Source of the DNA: the human T2T-CHM13v2.0 reference genome, Homo sapiens | DNA: 64,000 nucleotides | Strand: one strand, 5' to 3' | Assembly (NCBI RefSeq): GCF_009914755.1 | Contig: NC_060940.1 | Part shown: one piece after another, positions 63,926-64,000 of the stretch | Position numbering within the stretch: the stretch's first letter is position 1 | Layout: every line of letters starts with the position of its first letter | Translations under genes and position numbers: made by a program | Notes under the pieces: model-generated | Databases searched by the model: none | The model's input: the letters and a program-made list of their open reading frames with translations, nothing else | Told to the model about the DNA's origin: nothing

Positions 63926-64000
63926 TGGTGGTGATCAGTGTCTGTAACGAAGGCCTGTGAAAACAGAGTCAAAATCAGTATTCCTTTCACTGGAGTCTCA

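Overview
This is primate genomic DNA, most likely human: it carries AluJ/S/Y, L1PA2, MST/MLT1/MER21/LOR1 LTRs, MIR, L2 and MER5/MER20 elements. It is AT-rich, has no CpG island and contains no credible protein-coding gene. The ORFs in the track are chance ORFs, simple-repeat artefacts or decayed L1 fragments. Well over half of the window is interspersed repeat, including a decayed near-full-length L1MA1/2 (42.1-48.2 kb) and a long L1MD/MC piece (57.5-61.3 kb). Between the repeats lie several repeat-free islands dense in PBX-HOX (TGATTTAT/TGATTAAT) and MEIS (TGACAG) motifs that look like developmental enhancers, plus a few well-formed + strand splice signals that may belong to a lncRNA. The most unusual items seen directly are atypical insertion events: (1) a tailless 5'-half tRNA-Ile(TAT) retrocopy with a 19-bp TSD; (2) a 3'-truncated AluY lying antisense to its own endonuclease site; (3) a young twin-primed L1PA2; (4) an ancient L2-containing segment inside a younger MSTA LTR; (5) a fold-back template-switch scar. 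I found no evidence of a new protein-encoded system. Repeat subfamily names come from recalled consensus sequences, and boundaries of old elements are approximate (tens of bp). I cannot identify the chromosomal locus from sequence alone.
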